Assembly: GCA_046583355.1 (NCBI GenBank)
Contig: JAYGCM010000018.1
Location: forward strand, 1,302-65,301
DNA length: 64,000 nucleotides
Direction of reading: 5' to 3'
Origin: Deltaproteobacteria bacterium
GTDB lineage: Bacteria > Desulfobacterota > Binatia > UBA12015
In this document: piece by piece, positions 9,715 to 18,250 of the stretch
Layout: each line of letters opens with the position of its first letter
Position numbering within the stretch: the first letter of the stretch is position 1
Position numbers and translations under genes: made by a program
Notes under the pieces: generated by a model
Seen by the model: the letters and a program-made list of their open reading frames with translations, nothing else
Databases searched by the model: none
What the model was told of the DNA's origin: nothing

Positions 9715-10260
9715 ATGGCGACTCGTATCGTAACCGTCGACCGAGAAAAATACCGCAAGGCGGCGGGGCCTTTTGGAGTCCGGGCTATCATGGTCGGACT
9801 CGGCGTCACTTCGCGTCATTTCTTCGGCAACCTCTGGGGCTGGATCATCGGCAAGCCTACCGTGGCCACCGTGATGTTCCCCGAGGAGCATCTGCCCAAG
9901 CCGCCCGCATTTCGTGGCATGCCCGTGCTGGTCGAAATGGACGGCGGCAAAGAGCGCTGCGTTGCTTGCGGCCTTTGCGAATGGGCCTGCCCGGTCGATT
10001 GCATTCATATCGAACCCGCCGAGACCAGCGACGAGGTCGAGCGTTACCCGCAGGTCTTCGACATCGATATGGGTCGTTGCATGTATTGCGGCCTCTGCGA
10101 AGAGGCCTGCCCCGAGGAAGCGATTGTCATGAGCGACCGCGTCGAGATCTCCGCCTTCACGCGTGCGGGAACGATGTGGCGCAAGAGCGACCTCCTGGTG
10201 CCCGCGAGCAAGCTCACGCGGCGCCTTGAGTATCTTCGCCGGAACTACGATCGGAGTTAG
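9715..10260 (+). CDS. nuoI: NADH-quinone oxidoreductase subunit I
   Basis: Two 4Fe-4S ferredoxin motifs (CVACGLCEWACP, CMYCGLCEEACP). ATG immediately follows the nuoG TAA. Confidence 0.9.
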   Translation: MATRIVTVDREKYRKAAGPFGVRAIMVGLGVTSRHFFGNLWGWIIGKPTVATVMFPEEHLPKPPAFRGMPVLVEMDGGKERCVACGLCEWACPVDCIHIEPAETSDEVERYPQVFDIDMGRCMYCGLCEEACPEEAIVMSDRVEISAFTRAGTMWRKSDLLVPASKLTRRLEYLRRNYDRS

Positions 10261-10262
10261 CC

Positions 10263-10814
10263 GTGGCCGACGACGCAGAGAACCAGGAGACGGCCGCCGA
10301 GGACGTGGCGGCCGAGTCCGTCCATCCCCTTTTTGCTCGCCTCGGCGAGAAATTCCCCGAAGGCATACTGGCAACAGCCGACTATCGCGGCGACCTATGC
10401 GCGACCATCGAGCGCAAGGCGTTGGTTGCTATAATGACTTTCCTGCGCGACCAAGAAGGCTTCGAGATGCTTCTCGACGTCACGGCCGTCGATTATCTCG
10501 GCCGCGCGCCGCGCTTCGAGATTGTCTATCACCTCGTTTCGCTCGAAGAGGCCACGCGCGTGCGCGTGAAAGTCCCGCTGGAAGAAGCGGATGTGAAAAT
10601 TCCATCCTTGACGAAGCTCTGGACTGGCGCCGATTGGCTCGAGCGCGAGACCTTCGATATGTACGGCATTGAATTCACCGGGCATCCGAACCTCAAGCGA
10701 ATTTACCTCTATGAGGAGTTCGTGGGCCACCCCCTGCGCAAGGACTACCCGAAAGAGAAGCGGCAGCCTCTGATCGGCCCCGGCGCGATCACCCGCAGCG
10801 GCGAGGCCGATTGA
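10263..10814 (+). CDS. nuoC: NADH-quinone oxidoreductase subunit C
   Basis: GTG start; 30-kDa subunit motifs (ERETFDMYGIEFTGHPNLKRIY). Confidence 0.9.
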   Translation: MADDAENQETAAEDVAAESVHPLFARLGEKFPEGILATADYRGDLCATIERKALVAIMTFLRDQEGFEMLLDVTAVDYLGRAPRFEIVYHLVSLEEATRVRVKVPLEEADVKIPSLTKLWTGADWLERETFDMYGIEFTGHPNLKRIYLYEEFVGHPLRKDYPKEKRQPLIGPGAITRSGEAD

Positions 10815-10815
10815 G

Positions 10816-12024
10816 ATGGCAGAGCAGATCCAGATAGAGGACGATACCATCGAGTTGCCACATGAGCCGCTTGAGATGAAGCTCGGCCCCTCGCATCCGG
10901 CCACGCATGGCACGGTGCGGATTCTTCTCAAACTCGACGGTGAGACCATTCTCAGCTGCGAGGTTGAGGTGGGCTATTTGCACCGCGGCTTCGAGAAGGA
11001 ATGCGAAAGCGGCCTCTATTACCAGGCATTCCCCTACACCGACCGGCTGAATTACGTCTCGCCGATGATCAATAATGTCGGCTACGCATTGGCCTGCGAA
11101 AAGCTCTTCGGCGTCGAGGCCCCCGAGCGTTGTCAGTACCTGCGCGTCATCGCCAGTGAGGCGTCGCGCATTGCTGACCACCTGACTTGCCTGGGTGCCT
11201 GCGCGCTGGAACTCGGTGCGTTTTCCGCCTTCCTCTATGCAGTCGAGGCGCGCGAGAGTGCCTGGGATATTCTGGACTCGATGTGCGGCGCGCGCGTTAC
11301 GCCCAATTACGTTCGCATTGGCGGCGTATCGCATGACACTGACCCCGACTTTCCCGAATTGGCGCGCGAGAAACTCGCTGAAGTCGCGCGTTTGCAGAAA
11401 GATTTCGAAGACCTCCTGCTCGCCAACCCGATCTTCCGTGAGCGCATGGAGGGCACCGGCGTGCTCGGTCGCGAAGAACTTATCTCCTTCGGCGTGACCG
11501 GACCTCTGCTGCGCGCAGCCGGCGTGCCCTACGACCTGCGTCGCGTCTCTCCCTATCTGGTCTACGACCGCCTCGACTTCGATATTCCGGTCGGTTCGAC
11601 GGGCGATAACTTCGACCGCTTCCTGGTCCGCCTTGAAGAGATCCGTCAAAGCGCGGGCATGATCGACCAATGCTTGAACGATATGCCAGAGGGGCCGGTC
11701 GATATCGACGATCCGCAGATCCGCTTGCCTGGCAAGAGCAAGGTTTTCGGGCAGATGGAAGAATTGATTGCACAATTTAAAATTGTCACCGAGGGGCCAA
11801 AGCCGCCGGCTGGCGAGGTCTATCAGGCAGTCGAAGGCGGCAACGGTGAGCTCGGCTTCTACCTGGTCAGCGACGGAAGCGGGAAGCCTCTGAAATGCCG
11901 TGCGCGTTCGCCGAGTTTTTCCAATACGGCAGCGCTCGGAAAAATGGTCGAAGGGAGCATGTTCGCCGACGTGGTGCCTACCTTCGATATGGTCAATATG
12001 ATCGGCGGCGAGTGCGACCGTTGA
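10816..12024 (+). CDS. nuoD: NADH-quinone oxidoreductase subunit D
   Basis: 49-kDa subunit: LGPSHPATHG, GYLHRGFEK, RIGGVSHD; 402 aa. Confidence 0.95.
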   Translation: MAEQIQIEDDTIELPHEPLEMKLGPSHPATHGTVRILLKLDGETILSCEVEVGYLHRGFEKECESGLYYQAFPYTDRLNYVSPMINNVGYALACEKLFGVEAPERCQYLRVIASEASRIADHLTCLGACALELGAFSAFLYAVEARESAWDILDSMCGARVTPNYVRIGGVSHDTDPDFPELAREKLAEVARLQKDFEDLLLANPIFRERMEGTGVLGREELISFGVTGPLLRAAGVPYDLRRVSPYLVYDRLDFDIPVGSTGDNFDRFLVRLEEIRQSAGMIDQCLNDMPEGPVDIDDPQIRLPGKSKVFGQMEELIAQFKIVTEGPKPPAGEVYQAVEGGNGELGFYLVSDGSGKPLKCRARSPSFSNTAALGKMVEGSMFADVVPTFDMVNMIGGECDR

Positions 12025-12034
12025 GGATATTTGC

Positions 12035-12541
12035 ATGGCACTCTCTGAAGAGCTGAAGCAACGAATTCGGGCCGAATTCCCGAAATACCCTGAGAAACGG
12101 GCGGTGCTGATTACCGCCCTGCATTTTGCGCAGGAAGAAGGCGAAGGCTGGATTGAAGCCTCCGTCATCCCGGAAATCGGTGCCTTGCTCGATATTCCAG
12201 CGATTGACGTCAAAGAAGTCGTCAGCTTCTACGCGATGTTCAACGAGTCGCCGGTGGGCAAGCGCCATCTGCGGGTTTGTACCGGCCTTTCCTGCTGCCT
12301 GCGCGGTGCGCGCCGCCTGCAGAACAGGATCCAGGACGATCTCGACCTGCGACCCTTCGAGGTGACGGCCGATGGCGTCTTCTCGGTCGGCTCGGTCGAA
12401 TGCCTGGGTTCCTGCGGCACGGCGCCAGTCCTGCAAGTGAACAACCGGGTCTATATCGAGAACCTCGGAAGCGATGATGTTCCAGCGTTGCTTGATAATC
12501 TGCGTCGCGAAGTCGCAGACGAAGATGCGGAGAGTGCCTGA
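12035..12541 (+). CDS. nuoE: NADH-quinone oxidoreductase subunit E
   Basis: 24-kDa subunit 2Fe-2S motif (CTGLSCC...CLGSCGTAP); 168 aa. Confidence 0.9.
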   Translation: MALSEELKQRIRAEFPKYPEKRAVLITALHFAQEEGEGWIEASVIPEIGALLDIPAIDVKEVVSFYAMFNESPVGKRHLRVCTGLSCCLRGARRLQNRIQDDLDLRPFEVTADGVFSVGSVECLGSCGTAPVLQVNNRVYIENLGSDDVPALLDNLRREVADEDAESA

Positions 12542-12543
12542 TC

Positions 12544-13848
12544 GTGGCTGTCACCGAGATGATGGACCGTCCGGGCCTTCTCCTGCCTCCGGGCGACGAG
12601 AATTGGTCGTCAATAGACGAATATAAATCCCATAGGGGTTATGCTGCGGCGACCTTGGCGGTCGGCAAGATGGATCCCGCGAGCCTGGTTGATCTGGTCA
12701 AGGAATCGGGGCTACGCGGCCGCGGCGGCGCAGGCTTCTCGGCCGGAATGAAATGGTCGTTTCTGCCCAAAGACGGCCGGCGTCCGCGCTATATCGCGTG
12801 TAACGGCGACGAGAGCGAACCGGGGACGTTCAAAGATCGCCAGATCCTTGAGCGTAATCCGCATAAGCTGATCGAGGGGCTTCTGATTGCCGGCTGGACC
12901 AACACGATCGATGCCGCCTACGTCTACCTTCGCGGCGAGTACCGTGGCGCCTATGACAACCTCGTGCGCGCCGTCGACGAGGCCTATGCGGCTGGTTTTC
13001 TCGGCAAGAATATTCTCGGCAGTGGCATGGATTTCGAGGTCTACGTCCACCGCGGCGCGGGCGCTTATATCTGTGGCGAAGAGACCGGCCTGATGGAGTC
13101 ACTCGAGGGCCGCAAGGGGCAGCCACGCAAGCGGCCTCCGTTCCCGGCGGTCGCCGGGCTATGGGCCCAGCCGACGGTGATCAACAACGTCGAGACGATG
13201 GCGCATGTGCCGTCCATCGTTCTGGACGGTGTCGAGAATTTCAAAAGCTACGGCACCGAGAAGAGTTCCGGCACGACAATTTTCGGGATCAGTGGCGATG
13301 TCCTGAAACCTGGCGCCTACGAGCTTCCCTTCGGGATCCATCTGGACAAGCTCATCAATGAGGTCGCCGGTGGCCTGGCCCCTGGGCGTACGCTCAAGGC
13401 GGTAATTCCTGGTGGCACCTCGATGCCTGTTCTGACCGCCGACATGGTTCAGGGCCTGCCCATGGACCACGATTCGGTGCAGAAGGCTGGGTCTTTGCTC
13501 GGCACCGGCGCCGTCATCGTGATGGACGATAGGCAATGTATGGTGCGTGCCGGACTCGTGATCGCACGTTTCTTCCGCCATGAATCCTGCGGGCAATGTA
13601 CCCAATGCCGCGAGGGCACAGGCTGGATCCACAAACTCTTCCTGAAGATCGAGAGCGGGGCCGGGACCATGGCCGATATCGACACCATCGAGGAAGTGGC
13701 TAGCTTCATGGAAGGCCATACTATCTGCGGTCTCGCCGATGCCGCTTCGTGGGGCGCGGGTTGGTTCGTGCGCCGCTTCCGCTCTGAATTCGAGGCTCAT
13801 ATCGAGCAGGGCTGTTGCCCGCTCGCCGACACTTCCTTCGAGGTCTGA
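12544..13848 (+). CDS. nuoF: NADH-quinone oxidoreductase subunit F
   Basis: 51-kDa subunit: GLRGRGGAGF FMN/NADH site, ESCGQCTQCREG N3 cluster motif; 434 aa. Confidence 0.95.
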   Translation: MAVTEMMDRPGLLLPPGDENWSSIDEYKSHRGYAAATLAVGKMDPASLVDLVKESGLRGRGGAGFSAGMKWSFLPKDGRRPRYIACNGDESEPGTFKDRQILERNPHKLIEGLLIAGWTNTIDAAYVYLRGEYRGAYDNLVRAVDEAYAAGFLGKNILGSGMDFEVYVHRGAGAYICGEETGLMESLEGRKGQPRKRPPFPAVAGLWAQPTVINNVETMAHVPSIVLDGVENFKSYGTEKSSGTTIFGISGDVLKPGAYELPFGIHLDKLINEVAGGLAPGRTLKAVIPGGTSMPVLTADMVQGLPMDHDSVQKAGSLLGTGAVIVMDDRQCMVRAGLVIARFFRHESCGQCTQCREGTGWIHKLFLKIESGAGTMADIDTIEEVASFMEGHTICGLADAASWGAGWFVRRFRSEFEAHIEQGCCPLADTSFEV

Positions 13849-13852
13849 CGCC

Positions 13853-14137
13853 ATGAGTGACGCTGCAAACCAAGCTGCTGTGCTCCGCCGCAACGATGTG
13901 GTGCGTCTTTGGGGCACCCCGGATGCCACCGAGGGAAGCCTGAACGACCCCCGGATACGCCGCGAGAACGGCATCTCCTGGAACGAAAAATGGGTCTATA
14001 AGCGCCCGGCGGGTGAGGCCAGTCGGCCGCGCCAGCGCGTCCTCTATTGGCAGCGTTATGACTTCATCGCGGCCGAGCGGGTCGAAGAAGATGGTCATTG
14101 TGTCCGTGAATCAGCGGCCGAAATCCTTGCGCGCTGA
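13853..14137 (+). CDS. small hypothetical protein (possibly DUF2845-like), co-transcribed with nuoF
   Basis: ATG 4 nt after the nuoF stop; 94 aa. Motifs RLWGTPD...EKWVYKRP...YWQRYDFIAAERV faintly resemble DUF2845. No signal peptide. Confidence 0.4.
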   Translation: MSDAANQAAVLRRNDVVRLWGTPDATEGSLNDPRIRRENGISWNEKWVYKRPAGEASRPRQRVLYWQRYDFIAAERVEEDGHCVRESAAEILAR

Positions 14138-14280
14138 GCATTTTGCCGTACCACGACGCATCTGCCAGCGCATCACCTATACTGGGCATTAATCCGCTAT
14201 TGCTGAACATCCGATGTCCCCGTAGGCTTTCTTGATGCCCAGCCTTTCGGCCGGGTTGCTGGTCTGTGGAGATACCCCCA

Positions 14281-15762
14281 ATGAAGGTTCGTTTTTCGCG
14301 TTTCATCACGCTTCCCTTTGTCTGTCTGGTCGTCACTCTCGCCACGCTCTCGTCGTGCGCCAAGAAGAACGAGCCGCCTCCGGTACCGGATGGGTTGCAA
14401 ATCCTGCTTGAAGATGGCGATTCATTGCCGGGGAATTTCGTGATCCTCTCGATCGAATCCGCCAATATGGCGGCCGATCGCTCGATCTCCTTCATTGCCT
14501 CGCGGACGGGGTTGCCGTCGCTCAACGGTGTCTTCTACCGAACGCCTACAGGCGATATCCGGACGATCCTCACACCGGAGTCCGAGCAGGCCGGCGAGCT
14601 CTCCTTCACCACAGTTCGTAACCTCACCATGGCCCAAACCGGCGAGTTCGCCTTCCAGGTCGGCAACCGTCTCGACGACGACGGGCTCTTCTATTCCGAT
14701 GGCGAGACGCTGACCACGCTTGCCACGACGGATTCGGACGATGTCCTCGACGGCTTCCGGCTTCTCGGGGAATTGCGCGTTGCCAGCGGAGGTTCGGTCG
14801 CCTTCAGCGACGGAACCAGTCCCTGTATCGTGGACTCGTCAGGCGCGCAGGACCGTCTCACCTGCGACCTGCGGCTTCATTACGGGATGCCCGGTGATAT
14901 CCGCACCGTCAATGTTCCCAATGCGATGACCAACCAGAAGGCCAGTACCCTGATCCTGCAGGTCAACGCGAAAGCCGAGTTTGCCGTCGGGCTTCCGGCG
15001 CGCGGTGACGAACCCATGGTCGGCCGAATTCGTGACGGAATCTTTGAAGCACTGCTGACCCGGCGCGAGACTCTGCCGGGTCTGGGTGTCCTCACCGCCG
15101 CAAAGCCTCGCGCGATCGGCGCCAGCGGCGCGATCGGAATCGATGGGAGCTTCGACACGACCGGCGACGGCGACAAGGATACCGTACGCGTTCTCCTTTA
15201 TCGCGATGGCAATATCGAGGCGGCGGCCTCGACCTTGGATCAGACCCAATTGGGCGAGATAGTCGACCTGAACGCGGTTGCTGTCGATGACCGCGACCAC
15301 CTCTACTATACCGCCGAATTTGTGGTGGACGGCGACGAACGTGACCTCTTGCGTGTCTGGGATGGCACCGAAACCCGAGACATCATCTGGGATCGGATGT
15401 GGTACGGGGGCACGGATCCCAAGGGCCGGCGGCTGGCGATCACCGAAATCGTCCAGACTCGCGTCCTGGGCGACGGTACGGTGCTGATCATCGTGACGAT
15501 CGGCTTCTTCGAGGAGGGTACCCGTAAAATCACATCCAAGCAGCTTCTGCGTTGGCAGGACGGAGAGATCACCACGATCCTGCAGTCCAAGAGTCCGATC
15601 GGTGAGGGCACGCGCACCCTGGTCGGCTTCCAGATCGCCGATCTCAACTCGGCGGGCGACCTTCTTCTGATCGGCGAGATCAACGCGAAGTCAAACCGCG
15701 CACTTCTGCTTCTCCCGAGCGACGAAGTCTACGGCACGGCGACAAACGACGACAGCGCTTAG
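14281..15762 (+). CDS. lipoprotein of unknown function (repetitive D/G-rich, possibly beta-propeller-like)
   Basis: Signal peptide with lipobox LATLSS-C. GGAG lies 9 nt upstream of the ATG. Recurrent DG/DGT-containing segments. Confidence 0.55.
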   Translation: MKVRFSRFITLPFVCLVVTLATLSSCAKKNEPPPVPDGLQILLEDGDSLPGNFVILSIESANMAADRSISFIASRTGLPSLNGVFYRTPTGDIRTILTPESEQAGELSFTTVRNLTMAQTGEFAFQVGNRLDDDGLFYSDGETLTTLATTDSDDVLDGFRLLGELRVASGGSVAFSDGTSPCIVDSSGAQDRLTCDLRLHYGMPGDIRTVNVPNAMTNQKASTLILQVNAKAEFAVGLPARGDEPMVGRIRDGIFEALLTRRETLPGLGVLTAAKPRAIGASGAIGIDGSFDTTGDGDKDTVRVLLYRDGNIEAAASTLDQTQLGEIVDLNAVAVDDRDHLYYTAEFVVDGDERDLLRVWDGTETRDIIWDRMWYGGTDPKGRRLAITEIVQTRVLGDGTVLIIVTIGFFEEGTRKITSKQLLRWQDGEITTILQSKSPIGEGTRTLVGFQIADLNSAGDLLLIGEINAKSNRALLLLPSDEVYGTATNDDSA

Positions 15763-15789
15763 ACCGCAGCCTGGAGGCGCGGCCGAGTC

Positions 15790-16824
15790 TCAGCAGCAAC
15801 GAACCTGAACCTTGATCGATCCGGTCGTCTTGTCGGCGGCCGTCGCCAAGGCCGTGGCGAAGTCCGCGAGCATAAAGGAATGGGTCACCAGGGTCCCGCT
15901 CAGCAGCTCTCCGTGCTCGACCAGGAGCGCATGGGCACGCTCGAAGTCGGGGCCTGCGGGACCTTTGCCGTAGCAATTGGCACCATGTAGCTGGATTTCG
16001 CGGCTCATCAGCTCAAGAGCGGGCAGGCGCGGCGCTTCCGCGAAGAGCCCGAGTAGAACAACGCGGCCGCCGGAGCGTGTCCGCTGGATGGCTTCGATAA
16101 GAGAGGCATCGTTGGGGCCACCCACGGTCTCAAATACAATATCAAAGCGCGCGCCATCGCCATCGCCCCCGGGCGCCAGGACCTCGCTCACGCCGAGGCT
16201 GGCAGCAGCCTCGCGCTGCTGCTTTCGCCGCGCCGTAATGGCGACGTGTGCGGCGCCGCTTTGGCGCGCGACGAAGGCCGTGAGGAGACCGATCGAGCCG
16301 GCGCCAATCACCAGAACGCGTTGGCCGTCCACGCCACCGGCAACTCTCTCGGCGTGAAGAGCGACGGCCAAAGGTTCCGCAAGCGCGCCAGCCGCATCGT
16401 CGATCCGCTCGGGGATGAGGTGCAATTGGCTCGTCTGCGCCACCACAAACTCGGCGAAACCACCGGGAAGATGAACCCCGAGAATCTGGAGTTCTTCACA
16501 AAGTTGGCTGTCGCCTCGCTTGCAGGCAAGGCAATGGCCGCAGGTGCGCGTCGCTTCGATGGTGACCCGGTCGCCTCTGTGAAAGCCCGAAGCGGCAGGC
16601 GGATTGCCAGCTATGCGGCCGAGGATCTCGTGACCGGGGCAAACCCCGCTGCGTTTGCCCGAGGCACCGTATAGATGAAGGTCCGAGCCGCAGATTCCGC
16701 AGCGAAGAACCTGGACCAAAATTTCGCCGGCGCGGGGCATAGGAACGGCCACTCCCTCGACTACGATGCCCGTCTCGTGCACGCATACGGCCTGCATGGT
16801 CTGCGAGGTTCCCGGATCTGCCAT
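15790..16824 (-). CDS. zinc-binding alcohol dehydrogenase (MDR family)
   Basis: GHEILGRI, CGHCLACKRGDSQLC structural-Zn motif, VIGAGSIG Rossmann motif. Start taken at MADPG; the alternative MQAVCV lies 30 nt downstream. Confidence 0.8.
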   Translation of the reverse strand: MADPGTSQTMQAVCVHETGIVVEGVAVPMPRAGEILVQVLRCGICGSDLHLYGASGKRSGVCPGHEILGRIAGNPPAASGFHRGDRVTIEATRTCGHCLACKRGDSQLCEELQILGVHLPGGFAEFVVAQTSQLHLIPERIDDAAGALAEPLAVALHAERVAGGVDGQRVLVIGAGSIGLLTAFVARQSGAAHVAITARRKQQREAAASLGVSEVLAPGGDGDGARFDIVFETVGGPNDASLIEAIQRTRSGGRVVLLGLFAEAPRLPALELMSREIQLHGANCYGKGPAGPDFERAHALLVEHGELLSGTLVTHSFMLADFATALATAADKTTGSIKVQVRCC

Positions 16825-16928
16825 GGCGAAAAAGGGTAGCGCGTGGTGCGGCCGACCCCAACCGGCCACCGGACAAAAAAAAGGGGCCGCCGAGTTTCCC
16901 CGGCGGCCCCCTTTCACAGCCTCTCGGC

Positions 16929-17531
16929 TTAGCGACGCTTCTTCGCGCCGGCCTTTTTCTTCTTGGCTGCGGCTTTTTTCTTCGGCGCAGCCTTTTTCTT
17001 GGCCACGGCCTTTTTCTTCGGCGCAGCCTTTTTCTTGGCTACGGCCTTTTTCTTCGGTGCAGCCTTTTTCTTGGCTACGGCCTTTTTCTTCGGTGCAGCC
17101 TTTTTCTTGGCTACGGCCTTCTTCTTCGGCGCGGCCTTTTTCTTGGCTACGGCCTTCTTCTTCGGCGCAGCCTTTTTCTTGGCTACGGCCTTCTTCTTCG
17201 CCACCGTCTTTTTGACGACAGGCTTAGTCGCAGTAGCTTTCTTCTTGCTACCGGCCTTTTTCTTGGCTGCGGCGCGCTTGGCTGCTGTGCGCTTCTTGGC
17301 GGCTTCGAGCTTCTTGCGAGCTGCTTCTTCCGAGAACTTTACGCCACCGACTTTGTAACGGCCGCGAACCTTCGGCTGGTACCGCAGGCGCATGGTGATC
17401 TTGTGCTGCTCGTAATGCTTTTCGCAGCGCCAGCCCTTGAAGGCTTTCTCGCTACAAAGAACACAAAGGCCCATGGCACGGTGCTTGCGCTGCCAGCGAG
17501 CCTGGCGACTGATTTGAGATGCGTCTTTCAT
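16929..17531 (-). CDS. histone H1-like / nucleoid-associated K/A-repeat protein with N-terminal Cys/His motif
   Basis: AGGAGG RBS 5 nt upstream of the ATG. N-terminus has C-x2-C-x9-C-x2-H. C-terminal tail is 6 x KKKAVAKKKAAP plus further AKK-rich sequence; 200 aa. Confidence 0.7.
   Translation of the reverse strand: MKDASQISRQARWQRKHRAMGLCVLCSEKAFKGWRCEKHYEQHKITMRLRYQPKVRGRYKVGGVKFSEEAARKKLEAAKKRTAAKRAAAKKKAGSKKKATATKPVVKKTVAKKKAVAKKKAAPKKKAVAKKKAAPKKKAVAKKKAAPKKKAVAKKKAAPKKKAVAKKKAAPKKKAVAKKKAAPKKKAAAKKKKAGAKKRR
16975..17215. repeat. perfect 36-bp tandem repeat array (~6.5 copies) encoding the KKKAVAKKKAAP repeats
   Basis: Unit ggcgcagcctttttcttggctacggcctttttcttc recurs head-to-tail with only silent or near-silent variants. 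Lies inside the CDS; there are no spacers, so it is not CRISPR. Confidence 0.85.
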
Positions 17532-17991
17532 TTTGTCCTCCTGGACGGCTGTGACCGGATGGTTTCATTTGGGCGTGCCGCGAAACCAAGTTGCAGATGC
17601 CAAGTAGTGCAGGGGGCTGGCAGCTGCGCGCCCGTCATTTAACATTTTGGTACAGGAGTGCCGCGGGCGAGTCAATCTCTGTAACGGTTGGATTCTGTTT
17701 TTTTTCGGGCCTGATTCGGGCGGTCCTCGGTGCGCGAATCCTGCTTGATCGAAGCCTTGCGGGCCCGCATTCGCATACTTGCGCGGCCAAGCAGGTTTTT
17801 GCCCGTATACGGGCTGCGCGCGGACTCTCCGTGGCGCTCGGCAGGAGCGCGGGGGATGAGGGCACGATGCCGCGCGTCGGCCCGCGGTTGCCTGGTATCG
17901 ATTTCGGCTTTCGAGGTTACTCTCGGGCAGGGTCGTGCCGATGTAGAGTGATGACCGGTTGCGCCTCCAGGGCCCTATCCATGTACTAAAC

Positions 17992-18007
17992 CGTGCAAGT
18001 TTGCACG
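17992..18007. promoter_or_regulatory. perfect palindrome CGTGCAA-GT-TTGCACG in the AT-richer intergenic region (candidate operator)
   Basis: 7-bp inverted repeat with 2-bp spacer, ~245 bp upstream of the sulfatase-like gene, inside a 720-bp non-coding region of lower GC. Confidence 0.3.
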
Positions 18008-18250
18008 ATTCGGGTAGGGTTGGAGATCAGAAGATGTAGCCGGGATCGCGCTATTTCCCTTGCAAATTCCGGAAAAACCTGAGAAATCAGCCGCAAAGTC
18101 TGGTTTATTCTTTAGCTGGTCCTGCTTTGGCGGATTCCCTGTGGCTCGCGGGCGCGGGGACACGTACTCTGTGACTCGTTCTATATTCCATCATTCCCGA
18201 AGCTCCCTCTGGGCGCTTCCTTTCTGCTCTGTTCCGAGGATGTCCTTCCC

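Noticed and set aside
7975-10374. 799-aa minus-strand ORF
   Set aside because: Antisense to nuoG/nuoI, which have unmistakable Fe-S motifs. It has no motifs of its own.
10789-12213. 474-aa minus-strand ORF
   Set aside because: Antisense to nuoD.
16975-17215. Possible CRISPR array (regular 36-bp repeats)
   Set aside because: The units are directly tandem with no intervening unique spacers, and they lie inside a coherent ORF. This is a coding microsatellite, not CRISPR.
16963-17358. 131-aa plus-strand ORF FFFGAAFFLATAFFFG...
   Set aside because: Reverse-strand reading of the KKKAVAKKKAAP repeat array. The minus-strand gene has a strong RBS and coherent protein architecture.
18105-18125. Sigma-54 type -24/-12 element (TGGtcctgctttGGC)
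   Set aside because: GG-N10-GC spacing fits but the flanking consensus (TGGCAC...TTGCW) is poor. Too weak to call.
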